Source: Macrostomum lignano (taxonomy: Eukaryota). Taken from it: a stretch of DNA of 64,000 bases. The notes under the pieces were generated by a model. The model saw only the letters and a list, made by a program, of their open reading frames with translations. It did not search any database and was not told the DNA's origin. Made by a program: the position numbers and the translations under genes. The DNA lies in contig NIVC01000032.1 of NCBI GenBank assembly GCA_002269645.1, forward strand, positions 806,001 to 870,000, read 5' to 3'. Shown here piece after piece: positions 1 to 12,829 of this stretch (position 1 is the stretch's first letter; every line of letters starts with the position of its first letter).

Positions 1-24
1 AGCATTATAGCTGCATTTAATTAC

Positions 25-165
25 GGATTGAACAGCCGTACGCAGCCGTCAGATGCGCTGCGCAATAGCTGCGGCTGAGCTGTCGGTAGCTGGATGAGCT
101 GAAGCAATACAGAGTTTAGTGTCTTGCTCAAAGACACTAACTGTTCCGAGTGGGTCGAGAATACG
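25..165. mobile_element. Fragments of SINE family A
   Basis: GAACAGCCGTACGCAGCCGTCAGATGCGC and AGTGTCTTGCTC segments match the copies at 12830, 13403 and 33278. Confidence 0.65.
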
Positions 166-444
166 CCGCTCGTAATACTAGGCTATTTGTGTTGTCTTGT
201 TAGGCTGGATGCTATCAGTTCTTATTTAGCTACCTTAGCTTGGCGCTTTGCTGCTCCGTCGGTGAGTCAAGCTGGCAGGTACTCGTAGAATCTTCCGCGC
301 AGAGTCGTTCTGCCCATGGCCGGTGCTCACCGCGCAGCTTCTTCTTGAAGTCTGCTTCTCTTCACAAATTGCTTCTAGTGGTTCGAAGAATTTATCTAAA
401 AAAAGTCATAATTTATGTGATACCTTCATCAGGGGGGCCGTAGC

Positions 445-792
445 CCAGCGGTAGCGCAGCTGCTCTGGTGTGCCGCGACCCAGGCTCGATTCCAAGTGCA
501 GCCACATTAATTTGGGGCTGAATTGGAATTTCGGCTTGGCTCGCTTGTGCAATTAACGGCCTTGAGAGCCAACCCCCCAAGGCGCAGTGAAGTGTACATG
601 CCTAACGATAAAATAAAGTTAGGGCCGCTGTACACTCCTGTGTGAGTGAGTGCCTGCGTACGTATCCGCGCGCTTGTATGCCTGCTCAGGGGAGTCGGCG
701 GAATGGGCAGTAATGCCTCTCGCCGGTTGTGTGCCTATGTCGCTTAAAGTGCGCCAGGGTGCACACAACCCCCCTGCCTCTAATAAAAAAAA
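445..792 (+). mobile_element. tRNA-derived SINE, family B
   Basis: A-box-like TAGCCCAGCGG, B-box-like GGCTCGATTCC, A-rich tail. The body recurs at about 30505-30715. Confidence 0.7.
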
Positions 793-1248
793 TAGATACC
801 TTCATCAACTCAAACACTGATTCGGAATTCCAATTGTCATCTCAGTTTTCATTTTGCTACTCAGTTGGAATTTTGGTCGCATAGAAATGCAAAACACTCG
901 TACTTAGCAAATATTGAATTAGGGCTCATACGGAATGAACAATTAAATCAATAAATCTATGCTTCCGTGTTTACTTTGCATGCGACCCGGCGGAATAACG
1001 GGGTAGGTTAATACGGATAGAAATACAAAGGGTATAGATGGCCTCTCTTCCTCACTCTTCCTGCAAGCACGCGATTGCCAAAATAATTGGCTATATTTTC
1101 ATTGCTGGAATTCTAGACTGCCTCACTGTGCCACAAATTCTACTAGGTAAATATAACATGAAAGCCCCAGTCATGAAACTGCTTAAGCAGGGATGAAGTG
1201 GTCGCTGCCACCACTGCACTTGCTTCGGCCTGCTTCTCTCCACCGATA

Positions 1249-1262
1249 GTTACCATAGCAAC
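1249..1262. promoter_or_regulatory. RFX X-box GTTACCATAGCAAC upstream of the DEG/ENaC gene
   Basis: Matches the X-box consensus GTNRCC(N0-3)RGYAAC and lies 185 nt upstream of the ATG. Confidence 0.55.
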
Positions 1263-1446
1263 TAATAAAACAGCATATAACAGCTAGGGGAGAGAGAAAT
1301 GTTTGGGGTAAAAAATAGAAGCAAGAGAGAAGTATACCAGAGAGATTTCTGCTCCCTATATAAGCTGTTTAATCCCTGGCCCGATTAACTGACTAACTAT
1401 ATCGTCCGAATCTGACTCGCACAGATCATTATCTTGCACTAAAGCC

Positions 1447-2437
1447 ATGACTGCGGACGCGTTGAATTCATCCAGACGGCCAAGAAGTTGCTGCGACAAA
1501 TCTTGGAGGTCGGCTAGGCGATCGGTACTAAGCCAGGCAGCCACTGAGTCCACTGCTCACGGTTTGTCTCGAACGGTAGGAGACAGGCACTGGGTCGTGC
1601 GAATGCTCTGGCTATTGGCATTCCTAGTTGTGGTGTCGGTACTATTGAAACTTCTAGTCGACGCTGTGAATCGCCTGGCTAGTCAGCCGGTGAGCACGGC
1701 TGTGTCACCAAATTTGGAAAAGTTTGCATTCCCCGATATTCATATTTGCTCCTATCCGATGGTATCCGCAAGCTACTCCGCCACGATGTCAGACGCTGAG
1801 CTAAATTACACCAACTGGAAGATTAATCGCATTATGAACGTACTACACCAGGCAAACATTACCGGAGAGGAGTTGGTTCGACTAGCTGCTCAAATCTTTG
1901 TTGGCAGCGTTCCATACAGCTTTCTCAGTCGGAACATGGGCATGCGGATGGAGCAGACGATTATTGGCGCAACTGTCATGCCAGTGACGCATAATCTTGT
2001 CCTTGACGTTGACATTATCAAACTGAATCACTACAAATTTCTTAACTGTTTCACGATACGCCCAACGACAAGCACTGCCCAGAGACTGCTTAGTTACGTG
2101 GCCGGACACCTAGACATAACCTTGTTCGCCGACGCGACTTATAATAAAACCCTCAAGCTAGGGAACGATACGATCGATGTCAGAGGACTCGGCTTCATCA
2201 ACTATGAACTGCTGATTGGGTCCGGGTTCAGGATTTATTTTACCGAGCGAGGTCGCTATCCGGATGAGTACAGCACCTCCGTCGCGGTCAGTCCGGGTTT
2301 CCATCACCAGATCAGTCTCAGCATGAGGGTCAACTCCCTAGCCAAGGACAAGAAGCAGTGCGTCAGCGACAAACCGCTAGAAAATATTTACGACCCTGAG
2401 ACGGGAAAAGGGAACAAATATAACTACAGTCTTGGGA
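1447..2437 (+). CDS. DEG/ENaC/ASIC-family sodium channel subunit, exon 1
   Basis: ATG at 1447; N-terminal HG motif (STAHGLSR); TM1 (WLLAFLVVVSVLL); FPDIHICS resembles the FPAVTICN motif; FLNCFTI resembles GNCFTF; GFRIYF and AVSPGFHHQISL motifs. GTAAG donor at 2438, phase 1. Confidence 0.9.
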
Positions 2438-2530
2438 GTAAGTTCATTCATTCTCTTTGGGTTGTTTTTTTTTACTTTTTTATCAAAGACAATACGGAAG
2501 TTTATTGCTAACCGTTAATTTACATTTTAG

Positions 2531-3321
2531 CTTGCTACGCGAAATCGTTGAGCAAAATGTTTCGCGAACTGGGCTTGAACTGTTACATTGCTGGCTACAG
2601 TCCGATAATGTACAGCGACAGGAATGTAACTTGCTGTAACAACCTGACCAGCCTTCTCGATGCTTATTACTCGTCATCTATTCCGTTGAAAAGTGTTCTG
2701 CAAGCGATTCACTTCATCCAGAAGCTTTACAATGGCTCTGTTGTTCGAGAAATGGTCGACTCAGTCAGCAAGATGGAGTCCAACTGTCAGTTTAGCAGGC
2801 CTTGCGAAGAGCGAATTTATGAGCCGACAGTGACATCCGTGTTGTTCCCACTGCGCCAGGGACTTCGGACCGAGCTGACAAATATATTTAAACAACTGAC
2901 GCAAGACAGGCAGAAGATGTACTTTGTTCCAGGCAGAGAGTGGATGGTCAACCTGTTCAGCTCCGCTTACGGTCCGAACAGCACCACCGAATCGCAAAAG
3001 GAGCTGGTAGACGCAGCGTCTGAGAACATCGTCCGTCTACACATCCACGCTGGAGAGCTGAGCTCGACGCTACTCAAACAAGATATTTCTTACAATTTCG
3101 AAGATTTAACGGCAGGTATTGGGGGTCTGATGGGGCTGTTCATGGGCGGCAGTGTCCTGACTCTGCTGGAACTGATCGAACTCTTTGCATGCCTGATCCT
3201 GGGCCGACAACTGACTGCTAGAAATGCCGCCAACTCTGAAAGCGATTCGACTGTCACTGATCATGCCGGCAATGCAGAGGTGCAGCTTGAAATCGGCTCC
3301 GACCAAAACACTGTCTTCTGA
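2531..3321 (+). CDS. DEG/ENaC channel, exon 2 (TM2 and C-terminus)
   Basis: TTTTAG acceptor ends at 2530; splicing out the 93-nt intron keeps frame (YSLG-T-CYAKS). TM2 is AGIGGLMGLFMGGSVLTLLELIELF. Joined CDS is 1782 nt, 593 aa. Confidence 0.9.
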
Positions 3322-3977
3322 TGCCCTCTGATAAAAAACAAGAGTTTTCTTGAATTTAATTCAAATTTTAATGTGCAGTACATGTATGTCATGATGTGTA
3401 CCAATGGGTCCTGAAAAAATGTTTTATGATAATTTAAATGACCTAATACTTTTATCTCGGATACATTGTCAGGATTCGCGATAAAACTTCGTCAAAATTA
3501 GTTGTCCATGACGTACCAGTAAGTGTGGTGCAATCATTAAAACAAATTAATTAGTCGAAAGAACAATAAATTTTGGCTTAATTATTAATAGCCTACCGGT
3601 CTACAATTTATTGATTGCACTTATTACATGTATGGCTAATTTTTTAACTGGATAGAAATTATGTGCAATAATGATCAATTCGCGACCTTCGTTGTCAGTA
3701 CGCACGGCCTTAACGATCGAAACAGGGACCGCATTGGCCAAGTAGAGAGGTCCCTGTTCGTCATATTCAATGGTCGAACGTTTCGCGGTCTCGCGGTTTG
3801 AGTGCTAGCAGCTCTCGCTTGACGCAGTTGAAGTCTTGCACTGTTTCCATGTCTCTTGATTTTAGAAAAATTTGCAGATACGGGCGCTTGATGCTCCGGG
3901 CTGGTTCTATACCCGAGAGTCTCAATAATTTTTTGTTTTAATTACACGATAACAAGCTTTTTACGGAGTTATCGTTA

Positions 3978-4472
3978 TCAGGGATTCTGGAAAAATGAAC
4001 ATTTGTTCCTATTTTCGGGTGCTGGCGTTGGAGGTGTGTTGAAATCCTTGCTCCAAGTTGATGGTAGTTCAAGCTTTGGCGGTCTGATCCTCTTTGTGCT
4101 TTGGCAACCAAAATTCCAAATCTTTTGTTGCTCCTCCCACGACGGATTATACAGATCTTGATGGTTCCGAAAACGTATTTTTTGGCGATGCTCCTCACTT
4201 AGTATCGGAGCCAGTAATCTCTCCATTCGTGCTAAATCAGCTTCGAACCTCATTTTGTCCCGTAGTTGCACATTTATCCTGGCTGCTGCGTAGTCTTGGC
4301 TGTCGAAGGGGCCTTGATCAATTTCCTCGACCTTGGCATTGAAGGTGACTAATCGCTCAGAAATCGATTTGCATTGGCAAATGCACAACCAGTCAGCAGA
4401 TTTTTTCAAGGCCTCATATTCGTCTTTTTCTTCGTTCGATAATAGGAGGTAGTCTCTGGAAATCCAGCTCAT
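3978..4472 (-). CDS. Hypothetical 164-aa protein
   Basis: ATG-initiated open frame with ordinary amino-acid complexity; no family recognised. Confidence 0.35.
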   Translation of the reverse strand: MSWISRDYLLLSNEEKDEYEALKKSADWLCICQCKSISERLVTFNAKVEEIDQGPFDSQDYAAARINVQLRDKMRFEADLARMERLLAPILSEEHRQKIRFRNHQDLYNPSWEEQQKIWNFGCQSTKRIRPPKLELPSTWSKDFNTPPTPAPENRNKCSFFQNP

Positions 4473-7400
4473 TTCTTGTCAAACACTGCATTGTCCACAT
4501 GATTGGGGTGTTATTTGAGCTTGGTGAAATTAGCTAGAAAACGGCCGAGAATCCGAATTTTCATTATTTATAGTTTGCTGTCTGAACAAAATTGGCCGGG
4601 AATCGTATTAAACGAGAGTATTTCATGCGTAGAAGTTGAATCAAGTTTTTTAGAAGTTTAATCAAGTATTTTCAGACCTTGATGATGTGTCTGGCTATAA
4701 AGTTAGCATTGTGTCTCGACCGGGTTGTTGCGTAACACTGCTGGTAGATATAGCGGGCCGCGCAGGGCAGAGGGGTGGACAACGGCGATTTACTGGCTGA
4801 CTGACTCATGCCTCCGCGCGGGGCCGCCAATTAATTGCGGGGGGCGACAGAATATGAAGATTTTCTTGGATGGGTGGGCGCTAATTCTGCGTACACCAAT
4901 TTTGAGTGTATGGACAGTTAATATGGACATGGAAAGTTATGGATGGGTGCAGGCGCGCTAATTCTGCGTACGGTACACCATTGCATTGAAACTTGGGGGC
5001 TGGGCGCGCGCTTCTGCGTACAACAACAGCTACAGTAGAGTAGCTAGGGGTGGCCGAGCGCTAATTCTGCGTACTATATTTGCACTGGTCGCTTCTGTAC
5101 GACACAATTATGTACAAATATGAGTGTACACTGATTACATGTATAATTAGATTTACATGAGAGTTACATGCATGAATATCTCATATAATATGACTTACAT
5201 GAATCATAATGAAGGTCTGGACCAATTAGAAGAGGTCTAAGGCGTTGAATTTTGCATTGGCTCTGACACCCACCTCACCTCCAAAACCCAGCTCTAACTG
5301 CGCGTTACGTAGTGTCAATTCGTGCGCCTCGTTCAATATACACGTATTGACTTTGTTGCATCTACAAGTTAACTTACTAAAACTGTAAACCTGTGTTATG
5401 AGGTAAATGTGTTATGCCAGCTAGCATGACATGATCTAGCCACATGATGTACCTGCAAATTCACCTTGACTACACGCCCCGTGTAATATAATCATCAGTC
5501 AGAATAAAATGGTGGGGATCTTCAAACAGCAAAGAAATCTTTTACAGGTTTAACAGTTTTGTATATTCACATAAATTCAGGCAATTATATTATGTACGTA
5601 TCCAATTTTAGGATGATCGATAAGCTAGTAGGATGAGTAAAATAATGAAAGTAGCTTTTCTGAAATATGCTAAGATCTAACAAAAAAGTCAATAATCCGT
5701 CACACCTACACTTTACTAGGTGTGTAATACACATCACACATGAAATCAGTCTATGTTTATGCACGAATTTCGCCAGTTGTCAGGTTGATTTCGCCATGTC
5801 CATGATTTAAATTTTTAAGCAAATTGGTAACGCACACTAGTATTAACTTTTAACTTTAGATTTATTTTAATTTAAACTCCAGAAATAGAGCAACTCTCGA
5901 CTTGATATAGTTGTTGCTGTTGGATATTTTTATAATAGAGCCTTTGTTTAAACTAGTATAAACGTTTTAAAATTTAAAACAGCCGAATATGGCGTTTTTC
6001 TTTATTGTTAATTACGCATACTTTCTGGATTTACTCATGATGGTAGTAAGCGAGCATAGGCTGCATAGCATAGTAAGTAAGGCTGCTTATCAGGCCACGA
6101 TCATAATGATAGCCTGAAGATGACGCGATTGTTAATTTTCGTGTTTCGTTAGACGTCATTTTTCCGTGGTTTGTAAAAAATCTATTGGTTTTAGACTTTT
6201 AGGCGTGTTCAATCATTCAATGGAGGAAAGAAAGGTGTTTATTTTTTAATTTAATTTTGTTTAGGCCTAGCTGAGGTTCGTCAAAATGCATATTTATAGG
6301 TTTTCTGCTAAATTTATGATCGACCCCTTACATAATAAATAAGACTAGCTTACTAGCTATTCGGCCCTATATTAATAAAAATAATTATCACAATATTATG
6401 GTTTTATTATAACTAGGCCTAGGCCAATGATTATATGTCAAGTGTGTATTTTAAAGGGTATACCAAGCCTCTCTAAATGCCAATTGGTATGCCAGATCCC
6501 TCTATGCCAGATTTTTTTGTGTACATTTGGGGTTATACATAATCAGAAGCATGATCATAAAATGATTTCACAATACTTTTCATAACCCTGACTTATGGAA
6601 TTTCAACCTGTGATTGTGATTTTCTGGTTTCTTTGAATTCAATTTTTTATGGAATTATAAAGTGTTCTAGTAGAAATGATGAAAGAATAGGCTATATTAA
6701 GTGCCTTTTTATATTTAATTTTTAGCTCAATTTTTAATAAGATTGCATAAAGTTTATTCTTGATTTTCAAATGTTAAAATGTTCATAAATTATATAATAT
6801 TATATTGTATAAAATGTTCAAATATGTAAACATAAATAGAAGTACTATTTTAAGTTGTTAGCTTTGTCTTATTTAAGCTACACTTCGGATCATGTAGATG
6901 TAGTATATGCCCAAAAATTTGGGCATGCATTGGCCTTGCACACCAAAATTAGGCGTGCACAGTTGGCGTGCATCACTCCTAAGAAAATAGTATGCATGCA
7001 CACCTGGCATGCACTTTATAGAATCACGCGGAAGAATTATTGTGAAGTAGAAAAAAGATGAAAAAAGTTCATTTTTAAGTGCAAATTTCAATGTTTCTGG
7101 TTTTTTCAAGCTCTTAAAAAAGCATTTAAACAAATCTTTTCATGTATAAATTTTCCACTGTAAATAGTATTGCCAAAAAAGCATAAAAAGCAACCAAATT
7201 ATCTAGTAATAAGGGTCTATTATTAGGGCTTGGATGGGATCAAAATTTTCGGGCGGGATCGGGATTGAAATTTTTTAATGGGCGGGATTCGGGCAGGATT
7301 AGTCGGGAGTATACTGTATTGCAATATTATATATATATATATTATATTACTAATTTACTATCAATATATAATATATATTATATATTATTATTATTATTAT

Positions 7401-10400
7401 TATTGTATAGATTATATATTATATATATGATCTTAAAATTTTAATATATATATACTACAGATATAGTCAATACTAGCTATAAGTTATAACTAGCTATCTA
7501 TAACTTCGTTCTAGCCTATATTAGCTATATAGTTACTTATTAAGTTATTATTATTGAATATTGATAGTTGGATAATAGATACTAGTAGTTGTAGTCTTAT
7601 AGACTAGATGATTATTGATATTATGCTTACCTATATCAGCTAAATGGCATGTACTGATTCACTGAACCTATTAGTATTATTATGCTTTATAATTTAGATA
7701 TAGCTAGGCCTATAAGAAAAGAAATGAATATATTAGTTTGTTTTGTATTGCATATCATGTTACTATATATATTGGAAATTGAGTAAATTGACTAATTATA
7801 ATTGATGAATAATTTGTGCGACGTCTGTGCGCCACTTCACAAGTAGAGTTTTCTAAGAAAGGCAATCGTATGAAAAGTCTTTTTTAAATATTACGAATAT
7901 TTTCATTTTAAACAAACTTAAATTATGCTTACAAAAAGTGTAATGCGAAATTAACGTTCTATACAAATGCAAATACTAGTACTATACTATACTAATACTA
8001 TACTACTATACAATACTATACTAATACTAGTACAAATACTATACGTGAAGCAGTACGTGAAGCAAAAAATTCTTATGTATCATTAAAACAAAATTAGTTA
8101 CAATATCCAATATTCTTATTTTCACAAAATACATTTGCAAGAAAGTTACCTTACCTGAGATTTCCGAAACACTGCATCAAAAAGTGCAAATATTCCCGAT
8201 TCCCGACGGGTCACAAACTCTGGATCGGGATCCCGAAAAAATTGTTGCAATGCTGGCATATTTTTAAGAATGGGCGTGCACTACACTTTTTTGGCGTGCA
8301 TTTGTAATTATTCAATTTTTGTTCAGGCGTGCACCCAGCATGATCTGGACTATGGTATTTAAGTTTTTAGCTTTATTAGGCTTAGCAAATAACATTGCCA
8401 TTGGCATTAATTTTCATGATCACAGTCACCAAACAAAATGAAATCACAAATTTTCATGCAGTATTCATGAAATCTCTAGTATATATGTATTTTTTTGGTT
8501 ACAGATTATGGTTGTGGTTAAAAAGGGCAGTTATAGAATGACAATGGGATTATAACCAAGAGGATACTTCATGGATTTTCCCATAATGTAGGGGGCCTAA
8601 TTGTTGAAGTTAAATTTTCTCAATACAAATTGTTGCATAGTCATTTTTTCTTGCAAAAAGTATAAAGTAGGCTTATAATATTTAAAAAAGTAAATCTCTA
8701 GTTTTTTAGCCTGTCATGTTTAAAATGAATATAAGTTACCAGTAGTTTGTTTAAATTGAGAAATTAATGCTTGCATTTCAAAGTAATTTTTGTTTCATTC
8801 TTTTCCTAATTCATTTTTCAACTTTGCGCCTTCAATGAATGATTGAATGCAATATCTTATCTGGTGAATGTGACATTATTTATTGGATTAGGCATATCTA
8901 TGTGGTGTGTTACAAATCCACATGTTTGTTACATTGTTTTCCTTACTATTCTCAATTTTTGTTATATTATGGCCACGGTTATAGGAAACTATGAGATTAA
9001 AGAAATAGACACCATAATGGTGGTAAAATTTGGGTATAGTTAGGCAACCAAAAATTGGTTATAGTTACAATTACAGTCATAGAGACTAACGGCAGTGGAA
9101 CACTACTTTTAACAAATTATAGAAGCTTTGAAGCTTTATTATTTATATTGAGTATTTTTTAATAAAAATGACTATGTTCACCTTATTAACTTCTATTTTA
9201 TAGTTTTTGTTACATATTTTTTGTTTAAAATAATAATTACCTAAAAAATATAGCCATTCTTTTATAAATTTAATTTTTTATTGACAATAATTTTTATCAT
9301 AGCTTCATTTTATGTTTTATACAAAAAAGTACTTATTTAATACTATGAAACTTTTATTTTAAATTTATATAGTTATATGGTTTAATTTATTTAAAAGCAA
9401 AAAAAAGTTTTTTATCTATACTATGGCTATAGGCCTATATTTATATTTTTATTTTATTTCATTTTATATATAATTTAGGTTTCAATGTTAGCAGTTTTTT
9501 AAACTATTCATTCTAGGTTGTTAGACCCCCTAACAAATATCTATAAAAGTGTCATTTTTAATGCAAGCCAATATGTCTAGCTATAAATTAGACTTATTGG
9601 TATATTTTACATATTTGATATTTCTGGCATATAGTAACCTATGCAAATTGTTTTTTATATAATAAATATAATAAACAATAACTATTATCTAATTAAAATA
9701 TAGATTAAAATTTCCTATTTTAAAATGTTTGCAACATTTTCCATAAGACATTTATAGATTATATCTATACATATGCTTTTGCAAATATTGTAAAATAATT
9801 ATTTTGCAAATTGATACCATGGCAACAAGAGCTGGGTTTTTGGCCATACATAGTTTTTTGGCCCCTTGAAAATCTTATTGACAACTGGATTTTTGGCACC
9901 AAAGGCCAATCTGGCAACTTTATTATCCCCATGCCCATTGCCAATATCAAAAAATGAGTTATAGGTATAAAGAACATTTATATCTATTAAAACTGGCTTA
10001 AATACTATGTTGCAAAAAATTGACAATGGTAATAACAAGTCCCAGACAGTTTCATTCCCACAGTCATATAGTTTATATATATGTTTAATAAGCCTTGGAA
10101 ATATCCATCCTTGAGAATTTAGCTAGTTGCCAATAGGCAACCAAAAATAGCCATTGGCAACTGGATTTCCAACCTTAAAAAACCCAGAATAAGAGTCAAA
10201 TAAAAAAGTTTCACATTTTTAAGACTCATAAAAAGTCTTTTTCTTTAATTTCTGTTTTTAACTTTTTGCAACTATTCAGCTTAAGTTTTGACCATGTGGC
10301 AAAAATTACTGTGGTTTTTGACACAAGGCAGGAATAGCTATGATTCTATATTAAGACTAAATGCCTTGTCATCTTATTGGTATTATATTTATTTTTGGTA

Positions 10401-10967
10401 GGTATTTTTGCCACTTACCTTGGCTAGGCCCTTGCCAGCTGGCTGGATTGTCAACCCAACTAGGTGTTGCGCATGTACGCTTGTATACAATAGCTATACA
10501 CTATCTTAAGGGGCCAGGTAATATTAAACAGCTTTTATTAGCTGCATAGAATAGCCAAATTTATAATATAATTAGGCTAGTAATTGCCTTTGCCTAAGAT
10601 ATAAGTATAATATAATAATATATTATAAGTATAATATATAATAGTTAATAAGCTCAAAATTTTGCATCACTTGACAGACAGTTACAAGGCATTTTGAACA
10701 TGTAAAGTTTTGTGTTTGTTAAAGCATCCCAATTAAACTACTATGTCTAACAGAAGCCCTAATTAGAGTCAAACATGTTTATATTTGTCTGAGTCAGAGT
10801 AAAAGTTAATGGAGAAAACTGTAAATTAAGTTCAATTTTGGCATCTTGAATATGGACCCTGGATACCAAATGGCACTGCAATTCTGATGCTTAAAAAACA
10901 ACAGGTTTCACGATATGCATTAATATAATAGAAATTTTACTTCATTTTATTGCATGCCGTTGCTCGA

Positions 10968-11297
10968 ATGCAGACGGAGGAGGAAATCCAGGACGGGCCG
11001 TGGAGTCTGAAAGATGATGAGGAGCAGCGACGCAACCGGCGTCGGTCGCACGCGGCCGACCTGCTCTCAGCTGCGTCTGGCGGCGCGAGCGGACTGGCCG
11101 GGGCTGAAGGCAACAAAGAGAACGCACCAAATAAAGGCGCTCTGCATGGCATGTCCGCTAAGCAGCTCACTGAGCACTATGAGGACTGCATTAAATTGTC
11201 TGCTGAAGGGAAAATTTCTGCAAAGAATGCCTTCGCTCTGCATTTGATTGACTATCTGGATGGCATGGTTAAACAGGAGAACTTTGGCGGCTTCCAG
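10968..11297 (+). CDS. NCAPH: Condensin I kleisin (CAP-H/barren), first recognisable coding exon
   Basis: KDDEEQRR...[28 protein letters not shown] matches the CAP-H N-terminal motif; GT donor at 11298. The start is either ATG 10968 or an acceptor CAG at 10971-10973 with an unseen upstream exon. Confidence 0.88.
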
Positions 11298-11339
11298 GTG
11301 TGTGGCATTCGCTTAGAATTTTAAATTTGTGTTGCTTGT

Positions 11340-11762
11340 CCTCAGTTGCTGGGCCAGCCTCCCAGATCCTCAGTTGCTGGGCCAGCCTCCCAGATCCTCA
11401 GTTGCTGGGCCAGCCTCCCAGATCCTCAGTTGCTGGGCCAGCCTCCCAGATCCTCAGTTGCTGGGCCAGCCTCCCAGATCCTCAGTTGCTGGGCCAGCCT
11501 CCCAGATCCTCAGTTGCTGGGCCAGCCTCCCAGATCCTCAGTTGCTGGGCCAGCCTCCCAGATCCTCAGTTGCTGGGCCAGCCTCCCAGATCCTCAGTTG
11601 CTGGGCCAGCCTCCCAGATCCCCAGTTGCTGGGCCAGCCTCCCAGATCCTCAGTTGCTGGGCCATCAGCCTCCCAGATCCTCAGTTGCTGGGCCATCAGC
11701 CTCCCAGAGTGTCAGTTGCTGGGCCAGCCTCCCAGATCCTCAGTTGCTGGGCCAGCCTTCCA
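11340..11762. repeat. 28-nt minisatellite (CTCAGTTGCTGGGCCAGCCTCCCAGATC), about 15 copies, NCAPH intron 1
   Basis: Direct reading of tandem units. Confidence 0.95.
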
Positions 11763-11848
11763 GAATAGATTACACAAATAAAGAATCCGCAAAAAATGCA
11801 TAGCAACCAAACTAACGAGTCTCCTGAAATCACCGCCGCAACCGCCAG

Positions 11849-12771
11849 GTGGCCTCCAGCTCCCTAGACGCTGGCGCCAAAATCTACGCCGGTCGGGTAG
11901 ACGCAGTCCACCACGAGGCCTACAAAGTTCTTGGCGGGCTTGGCCGGTCCACAACTTCTGCAGAGAAAAAATCCAATGACAACGACATCAACAGCGACGA
12001 TGACGGAGGCAACGCTGGCGAGGCCGACGACGATGACGACAGGCCAATGTCGGGCAACAGGCGCAAAGCTGCGGCCGAACGGAAGCGCCGCCAGAAAGCT
12101 GTGATCGCATCTAATCTGGCTCGGATTCGCTTGAAACCGGCCAGTTTGAGATTTGACGTTGATCCGCTCTTCCAACAGCAGGCGTCCGCTTATGACGATG
12201 GCGGCACGGGAGAACTAAGACTCAACAATGTCTACGTGGTTGACAATGCGTGCGAGATTCTGCTGGATAGCGACGCGTCAGTTTGTATTGGCGCTTGCGA
12301 GTCGACTAATCAAGACACGTCTTCTTTTTCTAACAAGCAGCTATGCCGATTGGAAGATGTTGACATTAGTAACCGTTTAGCAACGGTTGCTAATCGCCTT
12401 GACAGCAGCGTCCTACAAGAAGAAGACGAAGACGAAGCAAATAACGAGTGGCTCTGCTTTGCGTTTAGAAGATTTTCTTTCCTACGTCGAAATGGCGGCG
12501 GCCTAAACGACGTCACATTCGGCGGCGGTTTTGGTGCAGCAGATCAGAGCGCCGTTCTGGCCGATTTTGTTGCCAGACTGCCGCCGCCAGAGGATGATGA
12601 CTATCCCGAGCAGCCGCCTGCTGATCACCTAGACGCGGACGATGATAATCACGGCGGATTCATTGACGAGTGCACTATGGATGCCGGCGTCGGGATGCAG
12701 ATCGACATGTGCGGCGAACGCAACGCTGTGGTGGTTAATACGGCGGATAGTAAACTGGCTGGAGAGAGCTT
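11849..12771 (+). CDS. NCAPH: NCAPH exon 2
   Basis: VASSSLDAGAKIYAGRVDAVHHEAYKVLGGLG is the conserved CAP-H motif; FDVDPLFQQQASAYDDGG also conserved. CAG acceptor ends 11848; GTAAG donor at 12772, phase 2. Confidence 0.9.
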
Positions 12772-12829
12772 GTAAGCACTGGTGGCTTGAATTGGCTGGT
12801 ATTGCTGATGTCAGATGTATTGTAGCCTA

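Noticed and set aside
325-375. Possible small minus-strand exon (CTAG...CG|GTGAGC), plus a similar candidate near 970-1065
   Set aside because: Splice-like signals only; no homology or start codon can be established.
4878-5074. Mini-CRISPR interpretation of the spaced 17-mer
   Set aside because: The repeat is too short, spacer lengths are irregular, and there are no cas genes; kept only as a motif cluster.
6900-8345. Possible non-autonomous DNA transposon (GGCGTGCA motifs, CGGGAT/ATCCCG clusters at 7237-7310 and 8195-8240)
   Set aside because: I could not define terminal inverted repeats or a TSD by eye.
8843-9043. Hydrophobic 66-aa ORF
   Set aside because: Non-ATG start in very AT-rich DNA, where hydrophobic translations arise by composition alone.
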